Source: Alphaproteobacteria bacterium | Lineage (GTDB): Bacteria > Pseudomonadota > Alphaproteobacteria > UBA828 | DNA: 64,000 bases | Direction of reading: 5' to 3' | Assembly (NCBI GenBank): GCA_965237415.1 | Contig: CBDEFM010000002.1 | Span: forward strand, 2,496,001-2,560,000 | Part shown: positions 60,179 to 64,000 of the stretch, piece by piece | Numbering within the stretch: the stretch's first letter is position 1 | Layout of the letters: each line of letters opens with the position of its first letter | Notes under the pieces: model-generated | Told to the model about the DNA's origin: nothing | The model's database searches: none | The model's input: the letters and a program-made list of their open reading frames with translations, nothing else | Position numbers and translations under genes: made by a program

Positions 60179-60463
60179 GCGCCAGCGTAAACCCGGGGCG
60201 CCCTCCGCGCCAAGCGTCTTCGTTGCCGTCTGCCTCCACGCGCCGTCACCCGTGGGCCCGGGACGCTGCCGCGCGGCATCCCGATCGGGAACGGGCAGGA
60301 ACGAGCGTCGCTCACAAATAGTTCTTGATCAATGGATTACGTGAAATTGGCTTCGTTTTGTAATTTTCCATTTTCCGTCCTCGCCTCCTTGGTCACGCTC
60401 CTCAAACAACCGGAGCCGTAAGAGGCTATAGCGGAATTCTCTCTCGGTCCTCCCAACCCTGGT

Positions 60464-61666
60464 CTATGCCGCGCTGACCTCGTGGCGCACGAGAGGCCGG
60501 TCGCGGATCGGCCAGTGCAAGCCCGCCGCCACCACGGCCAGCGCCACGGAAGTCAGCCACACCGCATCGTAGGAGCCGGTCGTGTCGTACACGTAGCCGC
60601 CGAGCCAAGCGCCGAGGAAGGAGCCCACCTGGTGGCTCAGGAAGACGATGCCAAAGAGCGCGCCCAGATAGCGCGGCCCGAAGATCTGGGCGATGAGGCC
60701 GCTGGTAAGCGGTACGGTGCCGAGCCAGAGCAGGCCCATCAGGGCGGAGAACACCAGCACGCTCGCCTCGCTCACCGGCACCACGATGAAGCCGCCGAGG
60801 ACCACCGCGCGGCCGAGGTAGAAGAGCGAGAGCACGTGCTTCTTGCGGTGCCGGCCGCCGAGCCAGCCGGCGGCGAAGGTGCCGACGATATTGCCGAGCC
60901 CGATCACGGCGATCGCCGTCGCCCCCAACATCGGTGCAAGGCCCGCGTCCGTCAGGAACGGCGGCAGATGAGTGGCGATAAAGTAGACGTGGAAGCCGCA
61001 GACGAAGAAGCCACCGCAGAGCAGCCAGAAGCCGCTGTGGGCGCGGGCCTCGACCAGTGCCTCGCTTAGCGTCTGGGCGCTGCCCTCTGGCGGCGTGTGG
61101 CTGCCGCGCATGCCGATCAGGCAGGGCACCATCATCGCCGCTATCCCGCAATAGGCGATGAGCGTCATCGACCAGCCGACGCCGTCCAGCAAGACGCCGC
61201 CGACCGGGGCGAGCGCGAACTGCCCGAAGGAGCCGCCGGCCGCCGCGATGCCGAGCGCCATGCTGCGCTTTTCCGGCGGCACCGCACGCCCCACCGGGCC
61301 CAGCACCACCGCGAACCCGGTGGCGCTGATGCCGATCCCCACCAGCAGGCCCTGGCCCAGATGCAGCCCAAGCGCGCCGTCGGTCGATGCCATCCAGAGC
61401 AGACCCGCGACATAGACCACGGTCCCCAGCAGGACGACCCGTATCGCCCCGTGGCGGTCGGCGAGCGCGCCGAAGAAAGGCTGGGTGATCCCCCAGACGA
61501 TGCCCTGAATTGCGATGGCGAGCGCGAAGGTCTCGCGCGATATGCCGAGATCGAGGCTCATCGGCGTGCCGAAGAGGCCGAAGCTTGAGCGCAGCCCGTT
61601 GCTGATGCTGAGCACCAGGGCCGCGCCGAGAACGAGCGCGATCACGCCCGCGGCGGGCCGGCTCAT
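60464..61666 (-). CDS. MFS transporter
   Basis: GLRSSFGLF, GALADRHG, GFFVCGFH, WLGTVPLTSGL, HQVGSFLGAWLGG. Confidence 0.9.
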   Translation of the reverse strand: MSRPAAGVIALVLGAALVLSISNGLRSSFGLFGTPMSLDLGISRETFALAIAIQGIVWGITQPFFGALADRHGAIRVVLLGTVVYVAGLLWMASTDGALGLHLGQGLLVGIGISATGFAVVLGPVGRAVPPEKRSMALGIAAAGGSFGQFALAPVGGVLLDGVGWSMTLIAYCGIAAMMVPCLIGMRGSHTPPEGSAQTLSEALVEARAHSGFWLLCGGFFVCGFHVYFIATHLPPFLTDAGLAPMLGATAIAVIGLGNIVGTFAAGWLGGRHRKKHVLSLFYLGRAVVLGGFIVVPVSEASVLVFSALMGLLWLGTVPLTSGLIAQIFGPRYLGALFGIVFLSHQVGSFLGAWLGGYVYDTTGSYDAVWLTSVALAVVAAGLHWPIRDRPLVRHEVSAA

Positions 61667-61720
61667 GCGCCTGCTCTCCCAGCCGACGGGGCCGGGTGCC
61701 AAATGAATGCCATTGCAACC

Positions 61721-63025
61721 TCAGCTCTGGCGCGCCAGCGCTCGCCCCAGGATCGCGACGGCGCGATCGATCTGCTCATCGCTGGTGCAGAACGGCGGCA
61801 CGAAGCGGAGCACGTTGCCGTGCTGGCCCCGCACCGAGAAGAGGAGTCCGTCGGCGAGGCAGTCGCGGTAGATCTCCTTCGCCTCCCCGCTTGCGGGTTC
61901 CTTGGTGGCACGGTCGCGCACCAGCTCGACCCCCTGCAGGCAGCCCTTCCCACGAAGGTCGCCGATCATGGGGAAGCGCTGCTGCAGGCTCTCCATGCGC
62001 GCGCGCCAGTGGGCGCCGATCGCGCGGGCGCGGGCCGGCAGGTCCTCGGCCAGGATTTCCTCGAGGCTGGCCAAGCCGGCCGTGCACGCGATGGGATCGG
62101 ACGAATGCGAATGGCCGAAGGTGAGTCCGCCCTCCAGCGCGCGCTCGGCGATGTCGTCCGTCGTCACCATGGCGCTGATCGGCAGGCCCCCGCCGAAGTG
62201 CTTGGACAGCGTCATGATGTCCGGCACCACGCCATGCTGCAGATAGGCGTAGAGGGTGCCGAGCTTGCCGAGCCCGGTTTGCGCCTCGTCCAGGATGAGG
62301 AGCGCGCCGCGCGCCGCGAGCCCCGCCTTGAGCGCCTTGAGGTAGCCGGGCGGCATCTCGATCACCCCGCCCGCGCTGATGACCGGCTCGGCGATGACTG
62401 CCGCCAGATTGTTCGGGCATTCGCGGTCGAGCAGGTCGAAGGCGATGCTCAGCAGCGGCGCCCACCAGTCGTCGCCGTCGGCGCCGACCGGCGAGCGGTA
62501 GGCGTAGGGCGCCGGGATCGCGTGCAGATCGGGGATCGGCGGCCCGTGCCCGCCGGCCGCTGCGGCGAAGCTCATGGCGCGGGTCACGTCGGTATAGCCG
62601 TGGAAGCTCAGATGCAGCGCGCCGATGCCGCTCCGCCCGGTCGCGCGCCGGGCGAAGAGCACCGCCGCCTCGTTGGAATCGGCGCCGGACTGGATGAAGA
62701 GCGAACGGCTGAGCGGCGCATCGAAGGTCTCCGCCAGCCGCGCAGCGAGGCGGAGCTGCGGCTCGTTAAAGTATACCGAGCTGGCATGGGTCAGCCTGCC
62801 GAGGCCGTCCTGCACCGCTTGGGTCACGCGCGGGTTGTTATGGCCGAGCGCCGAGCACATCTGGCCCGAGTTGAAGTCGAGATAGGCCTGGCCTTCGGAA
62901 TCGAAAATCTCGGCGCCGTCGGCGCGGACGAAGACCGGCCCGTCCGCGGCCGGAACCACGTCCGAGAGCAGCTCGCCCTGGATCAGATGACGCGCGCCGG
63001 CCGCGCGCAGCGCCGCGATGTCCAC
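61721..63025 (-). CDS. Class III aminotransferase, 2,2-dialkylglycine decarboxylase-like
   Basis: LDFNSGQMCSALGH, SNEAA, AEPVISAGGVI, DEAQTG, TLSK, HSSDP. Confidence 0.85.
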   Translation of the reverse strand: MDIAALRAAGARHLIQGELLSDVVPAADGPVFVRADGAEIFDSEGQAYLDFNSGQMCSALGHNNPRVTQAVQDGLGRLTHASSVYFNEPQLRLAARLAETFDAPLSRSLFIQSGADSNEAAVLFARRATGRSGIGALHLSFHGYTDVTRAMSFAAAAGGHGPPIPDLHAIPAPYAYRSPVGADGDDWWAPLLSIAFDLLDRECPNNLAAVIAEPVISAGGVIEMPPGYLKALKAGLAARGALLILDEAQTGLGKLGTLYAYLQHGVVPDIMTLSKHFGGGLPISAMVTTDDIAERALEGGLTFGHSHSSDPIACTAGLASLEEILAEDLPARARAIGAHWRARMESLQQRFPMIGDLRGKGCLQGVELVRDRATKEPASGEAKEIYRDCLADGLLFSVRGQHGNVLRFVPPFCTSDEQIDRAVAILGRALARQS

Positions 63026-63063
63026 CGTTACCTCCCTTGCGGAATTGTCGAGCGCGATCCTAG

Positions 63064-63090
63064 AGCGTTTCCGTTTAACACGGAAACGCT
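63064..63090. repeat. Perfect 11-bp-stem palindrome (REP/RIME-like)
   Basis: AGCGTTTCCGT-TTAAC-ACGGAAACGCT, preceded by CTAG. Confidence 0.65.
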
Positions 63091-63096
63091 GTCGCC

Positions 63097-63376
63097 CGGA
63101 ATTCTCGCCACGGTCGCGGTCAGGTTCCGCGTCCCACCTCGGGCAAACATAATTTTCAAGCGGGATTCGCTGGGATTAAGTGGGATAAGTGGGATTCCGG
63201 GGGGCTGGTAGCCCCGGCGCAGAAAGCGACCCTGGTGAGAATTGCGGGCAATGCCGCCTTCCGTGCTTTGTTCGCTCTCGCGCTGCGGTGCGCGGATACG
63301 CGCGCGGGAATATGATCGGCACATGCCGCGATCGTGGCGCGGAAGCCGCACACCTTGCATCGCACCATGGGCCGGG
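63097..63376 (-). repeat. Modular intergenic repeat, copy C
   Basis: Minus strand CCCGGCCCATGGTGCG, GATCGCGGCATG, GCAGCGCGAGAGCGA, the ATCCCACTT array (63158-63195) and GTGGCGAGAATTCCG. Confidence 0.78.
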
Positions 63377-63475
63377 GGCCGGGAGGGCCGGACGCGCGCC
63401 TGAGAAAATGCTGGGCGTGCGCTCAGGCCGCACTGGCCAAAGCCCGACCGTCCCCGACCACAGAGAAAATCCGGG

Positions 63476-64000
63476 CTAATACTGCACGCGCTGCGTAATC
63501 CCGCCGTCCACCACCAGGTTTGCGCCTGTGGTGAAGCCTGAGACCGGGCTCGCGAGGAAGGCCACTGCATCGGCCACCTCCTCGGGCGTCCCCATCCGGC
63601 CGGTGGGGTTGCGTGCGAGCGCCGCCTCGTAGCTCTCGGGGTCGTCAAGGCGCCGCTGGTCCCAGACACCGCCTTCGAAGAAGATTGTGCCCGGCGAGAC
63701 GCAGTTCGCACGGATGCCGCTGCCGGCGAGCGCGTTGGCGAGGTTCGACGTGTAGTTGATGACGGCGGCCTTGACCGAGTTGTAGGGGCGCACGCCGCCG
63801 AAGCTCTCGACGCCAGCGACGCTGGATACGGTGACGATCGCCGCGGCCTCCGAGCTCTCGAGGTGTGGCATGGCCGCCTCCACCGTGCGCACGGTGCCGA
63901 GCACGTCGACCTCGAAGCCGGCCCGCCAGGCGGCTTCGTCGGACGCACCGGCGAGCGCGCTCACGTTGGCGACCACGATGTCGATGCCGCCGAGCTCGGC
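63476..64000 (-). CDS. Short-chain dehydrogenase/reductase, 5'-truncated by the window edge
   Basis: LGGIDIVVAN, SSVAG, YNSVK, NCVSPG, GANLVVDGG. Confidence 0.88.
   Translation of the reverse strand, partial: AELGGIDIVVANVSALAGASDEAAWRAGFEVDVLGTVRTVEAAMPHLESSEAAAIVTVSSVAGVESFGGVRPYNSVKAAVINYTSNLANALAGSGIRANCVSPGTIFFEGGVWDQRRLDDPESYEAALARNPTGRMGTPEEVADAVAFLASPVSGFTTGANLVVDGGITQRVQY

Noticed and set aside
1-64000. tRNA, rRNA, prophage, intact transposase or defence-system genes
   Set aside because: No diagnostic motifs were seen by eye; small or divergent RNAs could have been missed.

Overview
GC-rich chromosomal segment of an alphaproteobacterium, probably Rhodospirillales-like (MucR/Ros, rpsM-rpsK-rpoA-rplQ without rpsD, J-domain-cobS-cobT, hspQ, zinc-ribbon DinB). 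About 55 protein genes can be supported. Besides a few housekeeping loci, the window is dominated by catabolic and transport genes for organic nitrogen and small acids: creatinase, three aminotransferases (one with an (R)-amine transaminase signature, linked to a Liv-type ABC transporter), D-aminoacylase, pccAB, glutaryl-CoA dehydrogenase, otnK/otnC, and a P450-RraA-haloacid dehalogenase-GMC cluster. I saw no rRNA, tRNA, CRISPR array or intact transposase. The best candidate for an undescribed system is the operon at 53476-57859: ureF, fused urease gamma-beta, a urease alpha paralog with intact Ni ligands but a rebuilt substrate loop, and a CodA-like amidohydrolase whose catalytic Glu and Asp are replaced. 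The second candidate is a modular intergenic repeat family in three copies (434-726, 47616-47780, 63097-63376). Other observations are an in-frame deletion in a sulfite oxidase gene, an orphan fitA antitoxin remnant, a lower-GC island with a small basic protein, PhaR-type boxes upstream of panB and phased 11-bp repeats upstream of hspQ. All assignments come from motif recognition by eye; no database searches were run.
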